A DNA stretch of 64,000 nt from Octopus bimaculoides (GCF_001194135.2 NC_068983.1:105571610-105635609), one strand, 5' to 3'; counted from the first letter of the stretch, positions 40,075-53,637 are shown. Program-made: numbers and translations. The notes: generated from the sequence alone by a model not told the origin.

Positions 40075-41870
40075 CTTACATCAGTTGAGTGGGCTTCTCC
40101 AGCATAGCATCACATTGTTTGTTGCAGTCCTTTGTCATCTCCTTCAAGAGATTTAGCTTCATGAGATCAATTTTCACCTCTGCATCTAATGTCTTCATTG
40201 GTCTTCTGCTACAAGTTCCTTCCACTTGGATTGATAGGCACTTCTTTTCACATATGTATTTCTTCATATATATCACATGTCTGTATCAGCTAAGTCTTTT
40301 CTTCAGCACACTACATTTAATTCCTTTCATTCAAGAATTTTCTCTCAGCTCATTTGTGTTCTTGTGTTCATCCACACTAACATTACACATTGAACAGAGC
40401 ATGCTCACCTTATTTATTTCCAACATCCACACTCCACTACATTCAGTACTCATGTTTTGCTAGTCTGCAACATGACATTATATCTAAGTATCCTACAATC
40501 TACCCTTTATTGTGGTTGAGAATGTATTTGTTGCCATTTGAGATAACAGGGGCCCCTAAACTTTTCCACCTCATTTTTACTCTGGCTACTATGCTTTCAT
40601 AAGACCCTCCGTTACTATTGATAAGGTCACCTAAGTAACAAGCTATCAACTACTCTGAAGTTTCCAAGCATTGAAAAAAGTTATCTCATGAGTGCTCTTA
40701 CTGTTAACTACCTTTGCATATCTTCTACAAAGTTCTTCACAAAGTCTTTCTTCTTTGTCAGCCACCTGTAATATTCCTCTTGTACATAGGAAAACTATGA
40801 AATTTCTACTTACTCCATTTTTGCATACTGAGTATGGCTACTTTCCAGATGGCAGTAGAATCTTGCCTTCTTTCCTGCTTACTAAAACTTTTGCCTTTGC
40901 TAGTTTTACTGTAAAACATATTGATTCTAGGCTTTGCTTCAATGTTTGGAATTTCTTCTAATTCTTAAACAGATTCAGTTATGAGAACTAGATCATTTGC
41001 ATATCAAAGGTCCTATGGACAGCTGGTTTTAAACTCTTCTGTTATCACCTGGAAAACTGTAATAATAGCAGGGAGTAGAAAACCAAGCCCTTATGGCTAC
41101 CTCTACCTGCACATTAAACCCCTCATTGAACACATTGCTAACTATCACCATGTTGACAGCATCTCTGTACACAGTTTGCATAGCACTCACAAGTTGTTCA
41201 TCTAAGTCTAGTTAGCAATGAATAGTGACACTCTGTGAAAGGCCTTTTCTAGCTCATTGCATGCTCAATTTTACAACATCTATAATTGTGTCATTAGGAA
41301 AAGGGCATCAGTGATAACCTGTTAACAGAGATTGGAACTACACCTCATCTCTAAATTTTCTTCATAATTAGTTGTACTACCACTTATTTTGTTACTTTCA
41401 CTCACTTAATCTATCAGTTTGATATCCCTATAATTGCTTCTTTCTGGATCATACTGCTACACCAGTTATTGCAGATCCTATATTACCAGACTGACTAATT
41501 GACTTGCAAGTGTTACATTTTATCAGATATTTCCAGCAGCTTGCTCTTCCTTTATATTCGTAATGTCCAGTTTAACCATATTTTTGTCACTTTCAGTAAC
41601 TGGCACCTCTGTTGGGTTTGCTGGTGGGTAGTCCTTTTCTTTCCTATGCATTCTCTTCATTCAACATTCTTTCTTAGTGGTATTTCAATGTCTCCTCCTC
41701 AGTGTCAGTGAGAGTAAGTCTGATTATTATGTATGCACTTTTCACTGATGATGTCCTCATTCATACTGACACTTCTCTGCAATCCAGAACACCTCACATT
41801 GCAGAAGTTTGTACCCCTAAGGGCCACCATACTGAGCTACTCATAATGTTTGAATAGATAATCCAAACTC
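40075..41870 (-). mobile_element. Old, heavily decayed RTE LINE ORF2
   Basis: Minus strand shows decayed GFNVQVEVxHxG...EEFKTSCPxDLLYANDL, a PSGK-W-P-x-SVCK remnant, and LNLLKEMTKDCNKQCDAMLEK. The right boundary is approximate. Confidence 0.8.
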
Positions 41871-43796
41871 AACACTAATCATTTTGCAACTACACCTTAT
41901 TGAATCTATTGAACTATAATGTTCCTTAACTCAATACTATATAGCTCTTCCTTATGTAATGTTATTAAAAAATTTATATTAATTGAAAATCTAAAGTAGA
42001 AGTCTCTTGTTCATAAATGTAAATGTTACCAAAATACACATGTCTGCTGAAATTTTCAATATTGTTGAGTATATCTAGGGATTGGCTTTTGATGTAGAAT
42101 AAACAGGCAGCAGTTGCAAACCTAGTTTTTATTCCTAGTTGTGGGTATTTCATTTCATTTATGAATATTCTTAGGAAAGACATAAACATTACTAAATCCA
42201 TTTCTTTACCCAAAATTAATTGGGCTAATTTCATTATCTGTTTATGAGAGATCACACAAGTGACTTTTGCAATTGTGTTTAGTCATTTCTTGTGATATAC
42301 CAGCTTTTGATAGCTGGTGTTTTACAATCAAACATCTTCCTTGGGTACATCACTTTGGGCTGACCACTAGCAACAATGACATTATTGTTAATGACTTAAG
42401 GCTCTTCTTCATTTTGTGTATATATCCTTTATCTCATAATAGCAACTACTCTGATATATGAACCTTTCATATAGAAAGTCACTATGACAAAAAGTATTAT
42501 CTTTAACATATTGGTTATTTTCAGAAATGATAGGCTCAAATCATTTTGTCTCATGGTAATTACCATCATTATTATTATTATGGTCAAAGATAATCTTAAA
42601 TAAGTATGTTATTTTAGGAAATTATATTCTTAAAGAAAAAAAAGTGTTTTATTTTACTTTTGTAATACAACAAAGACCACATGAATTAGTGTAGTATTTT
42701 TAGTAAATAACCAACCTCCAAGTCCTGTGGTTGTGTGAGCTCACGCTATCAAAATAAATTGTATGTAAAACTTTTAATGATACATTTCAGTATAATGTAT
42801 AGGTATTACAAAGAAAATTATTAAGAGACTTTATAAAAGCAATTTGCAATTTATGTATATACATTCTATATTTTTATAAATAGAAAATTATAACCACTGC
42901 CAAAAAAGAAAAAAAAAATTGTTATACACTATTGCTCCCGTCCCTTTCATCAACTCTTGACACTTCCTTTGCATTATTATTATAGTTATATATTTCATGT
43001 GCATTACCATTTTAATAATAATCTGATTTAACCCTCCTAAAGAATTTCATCTGAAGACAGGTTATTAAGTGATTAAAATCTCTTATTTATGGAATGTATA
43101 ACTTTAGCACTTTGGCTCAAATTTCATATTTTAACTTAAAAGTATTGTGCCTGTTACAGATTAAAAAATTTGACATTAGATGGGAACTTAATTTACAAAA
43201 CCCATGTACCAAAGATTTCTTGCTGTTATCCAAATTTGCAAATTCATGCCAGTATGGAAAATACTATGTAAAAATATGTATTTAAGAAAAGACAGCAAAG
43301 AATATGCATTATTCTGAGACCACCTAAATTACAAGTTTATCCACTGAATGTAAATTGGTGCAGAAATACTTTTGTAATCATATGAAACAGTAAGCAATCT
43401 AGATTCTCTGGAAATAGTGACTTCTCTTTGGACAAGGAGTTAATCTAATTTTTTAATATTCAGCAATTTAATTGTTTAATTTGTACAAGTTGAAAGAAAA
43501 ACAAAAAATATTTCTTAAATTGATAGGACTCAAAGTTGGACCCTAAACTGTTCTGACCTTGCCAACAAGAATGACAAAAGATAAAACCTATTCAATTTGT
43601 TCTTTCTTTTTAAACGTTATTTTCCTTTAAGATCTACTAATATTGAAAATTTCATTTAAAATGCTTACTTTTTTTCATGCATTGTAACAAAGATGGTCAT
43701 TGTAGAAGTTTACTGGCAAGTTTATTCAATGATTATAAGATTTCAATTGTTCATATTATATTTTTACTGGGAATAAAACTACTCGTACAATTTCAG

Positions 43797-43873
43797 GTGT
43801 GTTATTGACAGCTGTCTGCCTAATCACAGAAATGTGTGAAAAGAGTCCAGACACACTGCTTCATTTTAGAAAG
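43797..43873 (+). CDS. AP1G1: AP-1 gamma exon (G-VLLTAVCLITEMCEKSPDTLLHFRK)
   Basis: Acceptor TTTCAG at 43796, donor AAG|GTAAGT at 43874, 77 nt, phase 1 to 0. Not in the ORF track. Confidence 0.96.
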
Positions 43874-45664
43874 GTAAGTGCTGTTGATATACTTAAATAC
43901 TTCCCCTCCCCCATAGTTTTGAGGTAAGTCTTAAATATGTCCATTTATTTCATACCCTATACTCTGTTTTAGGAGGGAAATGCTCTCTCTCTCTCTCTCT
44001 CCTTATATATATATAGATGTTACAGCAAATATATTTGGCATAACAACAGAGTTTGCTCAATTATGTTAATAGAAATACAAAATATTCAAAATTAGTCTGT
44101 TTTCACAACAGTATTGAACTTCCAGTGATGTACTGTGTTTAAAGATTTTCAGACCTGAGAATTGGGCCTTAAATTTGTGTCAGCAGGGACTTAGAATGAA
44201 TGACTTATCATTTATCACCCTATTCCTAATAATAGGGTGATAAAAGAAATGGTATTTCTTTTTTGACAGGATTTTTTATTTAAAATGTGTGTACCTGTTT
44301 TATAATGTAATTTGTTATAGTGCATTTGCTGTAGTGTTTCGTTTATTAATGTTACAATACTTTTCTGTTTACTGTTATTTACCTGTTGCTTCTAATTAAT
44401 ATACTAATAATGTTCAAGTAGAAAATTTTAAAAATAAATACAGAAGTACAAAGGCTTTTCTGTACAGGAAAAAAAATAGTTACTGAGCAAATTCAAGAGA
44501 TGATCAACATTTGCCAAAATACGTGGTTACTTACGATACAAAATGTCCACATCAACGTCACATACAGAGGCCTCAGTACTCTTGCTTAAAATGTTATAAA
44601 TAGAATGAAGTACCAAATACATTACAGTTTATTTTGGTTTAACCATTTCTACATGTACCCATATAGTAAATGTCAATTTCTGACATGATGATTTCAGTTG
44701 CTATCTTTATGAAATTACAATAGACAGAATTCAACAACAAACATGAACTGGGAATTAAATTTATACTAAATGGTATCAAACGTGTATGTTACATTTTAAA
44801 AGATGAATAGTATGTCAAAATCACTGTTTAAGGACCAGCAGTGCTGATTCAAAATACCATATAGATTTACTTTTAGATGCTTGAATATGCATTTTAATAA
44901 GCATTGATTATATTATCCGTGTTGGATAACAATTATAACTTATTCTCATCTCTAGTTTATTGTGGAATTGCTCATGTATGCCATTCTAAAGTTATTCAGT
45001 AGAGATTTAATATACCTACATTGATCTTCATTAGTTTATTACCTTCAAATTTATTTGTTGAAATATTAACCCTCTTTTTAAGCTTGCCTAGATTTCTCTT
45101 ATTTGTAATCTTAATTGTGTGTGTGTTACAGTTTTTTTGTTTGACCACATTTAACAGCATGTCTTTGCATTGGTTACAATTGAAATATTTATTAGAAAGC
45201 CTGTTAATATTACATTTTTTAAAATAAAGTTTTCCCTATGAATGAATATTATAAAAACAAAATTAAAAGTTTTGAATATTGATTTAAACTTTTGATATAC
45301 AAATGTTCAGCAGTAACTTCAACATTAGCACAAAATTAACATTACATTTTATACATAAGCAAATCCATAACTACTAACTGCTGTTTAAATTGGTAGGAAC
45401 TCACCTGTGTCGACAGTCTATTAATCACCTGCTTTACTAGTAAATATAGACTAGCTAGTCTTGCTCTTTTGTGATATATATATATAAGTTGTATTGATTT
45501 CATTGCCACTTTTAAATAGACAGTATCAACTGGGTGGTTCTGTTTACTCCTTCCATCTTTATTGCATTCTATCATTACAGGTTAAAATTTTCCCATAACA
45601 GTGTATATTTTCTGTATTTGCTGTATCATATTCAAATAATTCTGGTCATTAATGTCCCTATTAA

Positions 45665-45666
<2 letters not shown>

Positions 45667-45717
<51 letters not shown>

Positions 45718-45768
45718 NNNNNNNNNNNNNNNNNNNNNNNNNNNNNNNNNNNNNNNNNNNNNNNNNNN
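45667..45768. repeat. (TA)n microsatellite running into an assembly gap
   Basis: Directly visible. Confidence 0.95.
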
Positions 45769-46999
45769 TGAAATTTATGGAGTAAAATATGTATCAAATT
45801 CTCAGTGTTTTATTGTTATTAGGTTTATATTTTGTCAGTTTGCATTTGTTTATTTTTCTTCTTTTTAATTTGTTATGTCTTAGACTGTTGCCGTGACTTT
45901 TTTTCTGGTAAATGATAAAGTAACATCAATAGTTTAATAGTTAAAGAAAAATGTTCGGTCGATGGCAGGTATGGCTGTATGAAGAAAGTTCACTTTGCAG
46001 CTATGCTGTTCCAGTTTTGTCAGACTACCCAGCATCTTGAGCAAGTGTCTTGTATCATAAGCTCAGATTGCAACTGGAATTTAGATTGAAATTGTGCAGA
46101 AGACTATCATATATGTATTTACATACACATACATATATACATGAATGTATGTATTTTTACCAACATATATAAACAAATGACATAAGCATCAGAGAGAAAA
46201 TTATAAAAATGATGTTCTTCAATGTCCTTTCTAATATTTATTTTGCACTGAGTTACAGACACTTCTTTGTCACTCTTACTACGAGAAATATAGTGAACCT
46301 ACATTGGCCTATTGGAAACCTGTAACCAATGACATTCCTCACTGACTGTGATGATATAAAATAAGTTTGGATTTGATTACTCTAAAATGTTAGAAAAAGA
46401 TCTGCAATATAATATTCTAAAAAATAAATTGTAGTCTAGCCTCTTGTACTCTAAAAGATGTTGCTATTTTGAATAGATTATGATGTTCAATAGCCCAATT
46501 AAAATTTCCTTTGAATATGTAGTTTGATTTAATGGTTCTTTTCTAAAATAAATATAATTGATGATCTGCTGCACTTAGACTCTGCATGATGTTGCAACTT
46601 ATTTTATACTCAATCTATGAAAAATATTGGCACTCTGAAATTCTTCAGATCATTCTTTATTACTAACTGTGGCCATACTGAGACACCATCATGATACTTT
46701 TTTTTTTTTTGCTTTAGAAACTAAAGATTTATTTTAAAATTGGCTTTATAACTAATGTTTTTTGTTTTCAAAATTTTATGCAAATATTAACAATCAGTTT
46801 AAAAACTAGACTTTTCTTGTGTGTTTCTAAATTTCAAAACTAGAATCAAAGCAATATCCATCATTGTACAGACTCTTCATTAATGGATAAGCTGTATAAT
46901 TAATTACTTGTGTTTGTGTATGATAAAGATATTAAGTACTTTCTCTTTAACTTACATGGTTCGATATTATTATTATTTCTAAATTAGATACAAGACCAA

Positions 47000-47765
47000 C
47001 AGTTTTAAAGGAAGGAGTTAGTTGATTCCATCAATCTTAGTACTTTATTTATCTACCCCAAAAGGATGGAAGGTCAACTTTGCTTTTATCCTTTCAAGAT
47101 TGATTAAATACATACCAGTCAAACATTGTGATTAATGGTGTTGATTAACCTTCTCTCAAAATTGTTGGCCTTGTCACTAAATCAGATACTATAAAACAAA
47201 TGCCTTGTGTTATTTCTTCCAGTTCTGTATGTTCTCAGTTCAAATCTGACTGTGGTCAAACTTGTCTTTCATCTATTCGGGACCAAATACTTAGGTCATT
47301 GGTATTAACTAATCCTCTCCCCTCAACATTGCTGTCCTTGTGGCTAGATTAGAAAGCATTGTTATTATTATTTAAAGTGGCAAGCTAACAAACTCATTGG
47401 AGCATCAGAAAAAATGCTTTGTGATATTTCTTCTGACATGTTACATTCTGAGTTCAAATTCTGCCAAAGTCAACTTTGCCTTTCATACTTTCAGGGTTGA
47501 TAAAATAAATACAAGTTGAACACTCAGGGGGTTGATCTGGCCATGTGCCAAAATTTGAAACTAAGGCAGCGAGCTGGACGAAATGATTAGTGGTTTTTCA
47601 CCCATTGCTATGTTCTGAGTTCAAATTCCGCCAAGGTTGCCTTTCATCCTTTCGGGGGTCAATAAATTAAGTACCAGTGAAAAACTGGGTTTGATGTAAT
47701 TGACTGATCCCCTCCGCCAAAATTTCAAGCCTTGTGCCTTTAGTAGAAAGGATTATTATTATTAC
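47000..47765 (+). mobile_element. Cluster of 4-5 partial SINE copies of the GCCTTTCATCC family
   Basis: Repeated GAGTTCAAAT...CTTTGCCTTTCAT cores at about 47080, 47240, 47455 and 47620. The first includes an inverted piece. Confidence 0.8.
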
Positions 47766-48445
47766 TTAGTGTGATCTCAAATTTGGCTTCAATATACCAA
47801 TGTTTGGAATTAACTAAAATCAACTCTTACAAGTATCCTGGTACTACAATGGTTTTTTTTATCCTCTCACCTCCTTTTGTTTTAAAATTACATGATTATT
47901 TTTGTAGATGTTTTTAAATTTCAACATTATCATTCACCATTAATTTCAGTTGCAATTTTTAAAAATCTCTTCTGTTTGATCCAACTGAAATCTCAAGTTA
48001 GCTATGGATATTGCTTTTAACAAACAACTCAAACATCATTCCTTACAATTATACAATTTGCTTTGTGCAGATCTATCAACTTGTTTATCATTTCACATTG
48101 TAAGATATAAACAGGTTTTTCTAATTTTTATTTTCGGTGTGTTTTAAAGTTGCTTAAATGTTTTGACTCCCCTCTTTTTATGTTATACTCTTTAAAAGCA
48201 CATACTGCTGGGTTGACAATGAATTTTCTAATACAGAACTTCAAACAAATGGGGGTTTTTTTCTTTTAGAAGGAAGGAGATTTTTTTCACATTAAATTGT
48301 ATCATTTCTTTTTTTTTTTTTTTTTTATTAAATATAAAGTGGCTTTATTTGACCTATTTCTTATTGACTTAACTGATTTTATGTTTGACATCTTTTNNNN
48401 NNNNNNAACTGATTTTATGTTTGACATCTTTTGTGTATTCTGCAG

Positions 48446-48457
48446 GATGATTTGGAG
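48446..48457 (+). CDS. Candidate 12-nt microexon of AP1G1 (DDLE)
   Basis: TTTTGTGTATTCTGCAG|GATGATTTGGAG|GTAGGA, phase 0-0, in the intron directly after HFRK, where vertebrate AP1G1 has its 9-nt NEK microexon. Confidence 0.5.
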
Positions 48458-50449
48458 GTAGGAACTTGGTTAGTTATTTCAATGTTTATATATAAAAAAA
48501 AAAAAATCAAGAAAAATGCAGATTTATGAATATAAGGTTGTGCACCTTAAAACAAGTTATTAAAAAAAAAAAAAACATTCTGAGCATGATTTCTTGTATT
48601 TTTTTTTCTTTTTTCCCCCCTTATATTGATGGCTTTTGCTCAGTAATTAATATCTGAGTAATTTGGGAAAATAGCTTTTTTTTCCTCAACTGATTCCTTC
48701 CTAACTTCACATTCTTATATTTGCAGTATGTGTCTATATTACCAGAAGTACCTTTTTTTTTCATATATATATTTCAAGAAAAATGTAAAAGAAATAAAGT
48801 ACCATAAATTTCTTTAATCTGTCTTTGGTTGGTAGAAAAATTATTTTAATCAGTATAATTCCGATTTGAACATTAGAAGTATGTTAATGTTTAGAATGAA
48901 CAGTTTTGAGAATATAGCAGTAATGCACTGTGAATCTAGTTAGTAAATTTTTTCAATCTCTGTTTTTAATAGGTAGATTCCACTTTCATATTTATAAAAA
49001 TGAATAATGCAATTAAGGAGAGTGGAAAAGTTCACTGCTACTCCCAAGATATGAGTTAATTTACTTCATACTCTTATACTCCTTACAGCAATTCAAATTC
49101 TTTTTGGTTATGTTCTTAATGTTCCATCAGAAAAAATTTTTTTAGTATAGAAAGGTGGGCATTTTAACTAATGCTGATATATGGCAGAGTTAATTGTATT
49201 CATTAGATCTAATAATTTATGTAATCTTAGTGGCTCTAACATCATTTGATGTTAGATTTTTAAATTGAAATAAATTTAGAAGCCTGCTTTCTAGAGTTTA
49301 GAAATATAGTAACTGGAAACTTCACAAATTATTCAAGCAATGTTGTTTAATCATGACTCTAAATGACTCTAAAATAGAAATAAAAAGTTAATATTAAAAA
49401 AAAAAAATCTGTTGCTTCTGATTCATAAGTTTAACTCTTACTGGTGATGTTTTCTTAATTTCGCCATTTTTCAAGTTGATAAAGTTTTTTTATAGAGACC
49501 AAGTAATTTAACTAATGCTTACTTTTCACAAAGTAATTTCTGACTCCCATAAGTTACAAACAATACTGATGTTTTAACTTCTGGTAATATAGAGATGTCT
49601 ATTTTTCTGCAGTTATTCACATCTTGTTGTTTAATGGTTCATTTTAATATTTGGTGATGGTAACTTTCACCTTCTGTTTAATCTTCTCATAGGTAACAGG
49701 TGCATTAGTTATTTTGACATAAGCTATTTTAAAACAAAACATTCTCTCAAACACATATGCACACACATTCACATTTTACATTACGTGAATATTATATATA
49801 TATTGACTGCAAGACCAAAGTTTATTTTGATCTTTTGTGTGTGTGTGTGTACAAGAATAAGTTAGTGCTTGCTGCGTAGAGTTTCAGAATTACTTCTGAA
49901 GTAATTCCAATTCCATAAAAAAAACGTTTTTTTTTTTTTTTCTTTCTTTCCTTGTAATTATTGCTACCTAGTTGTTGCAGTCAGGTGGAAGTGTAATTGG
50001 CTCATTAAAATGAGATTAGAAAGTACAAAAAAATCTATACTCAAGTCAAATCATGAGGCTGCTCAAAGCAGTGAAGGATATTTAAAATTATAATTAATGT
50101 TAATAGAATAGTTGAAGTATATGGAGCAGATTCAAATAGAACATAGTTTCTGCTGTAATTAACAGTTCAGCTTTTATTGTTTTTTGCTTTTGTTTAAGTT
50201 TACTATTCTAGTATTTTCATAGTTAAGACAGTGTTATGCTAGTTGCTGTTGTTTAACCTCAGGTCAGCTTTGATCCAGCAGACCTTTGATCAAAGGTGCT
50301 CAACCCATGAACATTTAGTTTTTTTTTTTTCATACATAATGTAACTAAGAACACATTTTCCAATGCATCTTCCCATTTTTAAGACAGTAGGATGTGTGAT
50401 TTAGAGCAATTTGACCACTCTTCGTTACTGTTTGAGTATCATATAGAGA

Positions 50450-50647
50450 CTCTTACTCTTTTACTTGTTTCAGTCATTTCACTGCGGCCATGCTGGAGCA
50501 CCGCTTTAGTCGAGCAAATCGACCCCAGGACTTATTCTATCGATCTCTTTTGCCGAACCGCTAAGTTACGGGGACCTAAACACACCACCATTGGTTGTCA
50601 AGCGATGTTGGGGGGACAGACACAAACATATACACACACATACATAC

Positions 50648-50678
<31 letters not shown>

Positions 50679-50833
50679 CGATGGGCTTCTTTCAGTTTCC
50701 ATCTACCAAATCCACTCACAAGGCTTTGGTTGGCCTGAGGCTATAGTAGAAGACATTTGCCCAAGGTGCCACGCAGTGGGAATGAACCCGGAACCATGTG
50801 GTTGGTAAGCAAGCTACTTACCACACAGCCACT
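50450..50833 (-). mobile_element. Full-length tRNA-derived SINE (6699 family), reverse orientation
   Basis: End-to-end reverse-complement match to 6699-7083; explains ORF 50392..50808. Confidence 0.92.
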
Positions 50834-51128
50834 CTTCTTCAAGTTACATGCAAATCATTCCATGCCATAAGTTCATGTTCAAGCATCTGGACAAATGAGT
50901 TAATGGATCATCTGTTCTTACTTGTAGTATCCTGTAATAATGTGTAACTTCCATGAGGAAGCGTTCATATATTACATTAGTGGCATCTAACGATTTAATT
51001 TTCTTTTGATCCTATGTATTTACATTACTTTTTATTAATCAATCATTAGCCAGTTATTGTATTTGTAAAATAATATAGCTAATTTACTCTCATAGCAAAT
51101 TTGTTTATTTTTACTCCTAATAGAAATA

Positions 51129-51360
51129 AGGCGGTGAGCTGGCAGAAACGTTAGCACGCCGAGTGAAATGCTTAGCGGTATTTCGTCTGCCGTTACATTC
51201 CGAGTTCAAATTCCCCTGAGATCGACTTTGCCTTTCATCCTTTCGGAGTCGATAAATTAAGTACCAGTTACGTACTGGGGTCGATGTAATCGACTTAGTC
51301 CCTTTGTCTGTTTTTGTTTGTCCCCTCTATGTTTTACCCCTTGTGGGCAATAAAGAAATC
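51129..51360 (+). mobile_element. Young tRNA-derived SINE (GCCTTTCATCC family)
   Basis: GGCGGTGAGCTGGCAGAAACG head, GAGTTCAAATTCC B-box-like motif, and core CTTTGCCTTTCATCCTTTCGGAGTCGATAAATTAAGTACCAG with CpGs retained. Confidence 0.92.
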
Positions 51361-51422
51361 AGAAATTGTATGAAAAGTAACGAAGTGAAAAACTAATCAA
51401 AAGAAACTTTGGTCTCGTACAG

Positions 51423-51462
<40 letters not shown>

Positions 51463-52157
51463 TTGTACAGATCATGTGGATGTGTACAATAATGTATTTA
51501 ATATCATTGCCATAAAATATTTTGCAAAGTTAAGTTAATCAGTTAAAAACTTCATGAACATCAGTGGGAAAAAAATCCTATATTTCTCTTCATTTGTAAT
51601 GAGATGTATTCATTAAATTGTATCTTTATTTCTACATTTATCACTAAATTTATATTATAAATACTAATCTATTAAGATGAATTTTTGTTGTTGTTTTTTT
51701 TTAAATTTAATTAAAACAGGACTTTCAAGTTCATTTTGTTTTATTATAAATATCAGCACTGAACATTTTGTTTTGTTTCATGTATAAAATATACTGGTTT
51801 TTATGCAAGTTATTATTAGATATTGAAATCATTTTAATTTATAAATTTCAATAAGATTTAAATTATCTTTTAATGAAAAGTTGGAAACAAAGTTTTGCAT
51901 TGGAGAAATCTTTTTCTTTTCTTTCTCTACTAAAGGCCTTAAATATGTATGTCAATCAAGACATGTATAACAACTATAATTGGCATGTAGTGACATTATT
52001 CAACATTGGTCAACATTGGTCACTTTGGAAATTTTATTAATCTTGAATAATGTAGGGTGTAATACCAATAGCAAACATTTTCCTCCTATCAACTTCTTAG
52101 TTCTATTAAGTATAAACTGCTATTCAACTAAACCGTTATGCAAACAAAGCCTTCCTT

Positions 52158-52193
<36 letters not shown>

Positions 52194-53392
52194 TTAGTAA
52201 ATGGAGTAAAATGCATATATTAACTGAATACTTTTATTTCCAACATATATTTCGAAGATTACAAATTATACCTTCCATAGGAATAGGTGATGTTGATAAG
52301 AATGTAATCTTCTCTTCAGGGAAATGCATGGTATCTATTAACCAATTTATTTTGTCCGAGTTAATTATTAACTAAGAGAAAATAAATACATATAATAATA
52401 TATATATATTTGTGTTTATATCAAATTATATGTAAAAATGATCTAACATTAGACTGAAGGATTACTCAATACTTTTAGTAGAGTATATGTTAAACTTTTA
52501 TGAGAAAAAATTTTAAATATATTTATTCTTGATCTTTCTCTAGCATTTGATACTAATTTTTCTTTTTGTGTAAATTTTGTAGCAACAGTATATTTTGACA
52601 GTGGGGATAGAGTTTGTCAAACCCTTAAATTGAATAGCAGTTATAGGGACTACGAATAAGTTCTCCCGCATTAGTCAGTTGGGAATGGAAATAACTGTCA
52701 AATTTCTATTAAATCAAGTCCTATACCTTTAAAATAGGAAGTACATATTGTGATAATGTAGTTTTAGATAATCAAAACATCAGGTTGTTTGTATCTTGAA
52801 TGACAAACAGCCACATTTAAGAGGTTCACAGGGGGAAAAAAAAAGACTTCCTCTCTATAATCCACAATTTAATAGTGCAGCATTGCAGTCTCCATGATGA
52901 CCAAGGGAATAATAATGCCACTGCATACCAAATCATTATTGCTTTACACATGTTGACTAGCAGGCATATTTAAGAAGTTCACCAAAGAAACAGAAAAATA
53001 GGAAAAACTCAACTTTAAAAGAATAGATTTAACCTTTTAAGGTCAGAAGATAATAGCAAAACTTCAATCCCTAATCAAACCATTTCCTTCACACTTAATC
53101 ATATTCATTACATAACTTTTTTACTATAAAACTTGCCTGTAAACACTCAGAAAAATATTTTAAAAATCTAATAAATTTCATACCTCAGTAAGATATTTGT
53201 TTCCTCCTTCCAACAAGGCATATTTTTATTCATTAAAATAGTTTTAAAAAATTTTCAAAACTATGTTAATTTTAACTTAAAACCCTATGATGATAAACTG
53301 ACAACAAATAGCTTCCAAAATGATTTCTTTTATAATAGAAAATCTATACGTATTCAATACTCTAATTACATAATACATACGTACATACATAT

Positions 53393-53419
<27 letters not shown>

Positions 53420-53425
<6 letters not shown>

Positions 53426-53625
53426 TTTTTCTTTTTCTCCATATTTTTTTCTCCTATATTCTTTTTCTCCTTGTTTCTCTCCTTGTTTCTTTGTGTTCCT
53501 TTCAGTTGAAGAGCGTAGCTCGAAACATCAAAGACTTTCTCTATTCCCGAGCGTTAAACTAATACATCCATTTGTTGTTTACACCACCTGTCTTCGTCTG
53601 TTATTTTTTTCGTAAATTCTCCCAT
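53420..53625 (+). mobile_element. Penelope-like terminal repeat remnant with a hammerhead-like motif
   Basis: CTTTCAGTTGAAGAGCGTAGCTCGAAACATCAAAGAC, followed by a T-rich tail ending in (TA)n. Confidence 0.6.
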
Positions 53626-53637
53626 ATATATATATAT

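Noticed and set aside
31152-43796. Intronic snoRNAs (vertebrate AP1G1 introns host snoRNAs)
   Set aside because: I found no convincing C/D box pair with a terminal stem or H/ACA box arrangement by eye. An Rfam or snoscan run would be needed.
48371-48432. 26-bp direct repeat AACTGATTTTATGTTTGACATCTTTT on both sides of a 10-N gap
   Set aside because: Typical unmerged contig overlap, so probably an assembly artefact rather than a real duplication.
49692-49993. AG-short-GT units CATAG|GTAACAG|GTGCAT and CTAG/GCAG...TCAG|GTGGAA
   Set aside because: Lengths of 4, 7, 10, 13 or 19 nt do not preserve frame and the donors are weak. A recursive site cannot be excluded.
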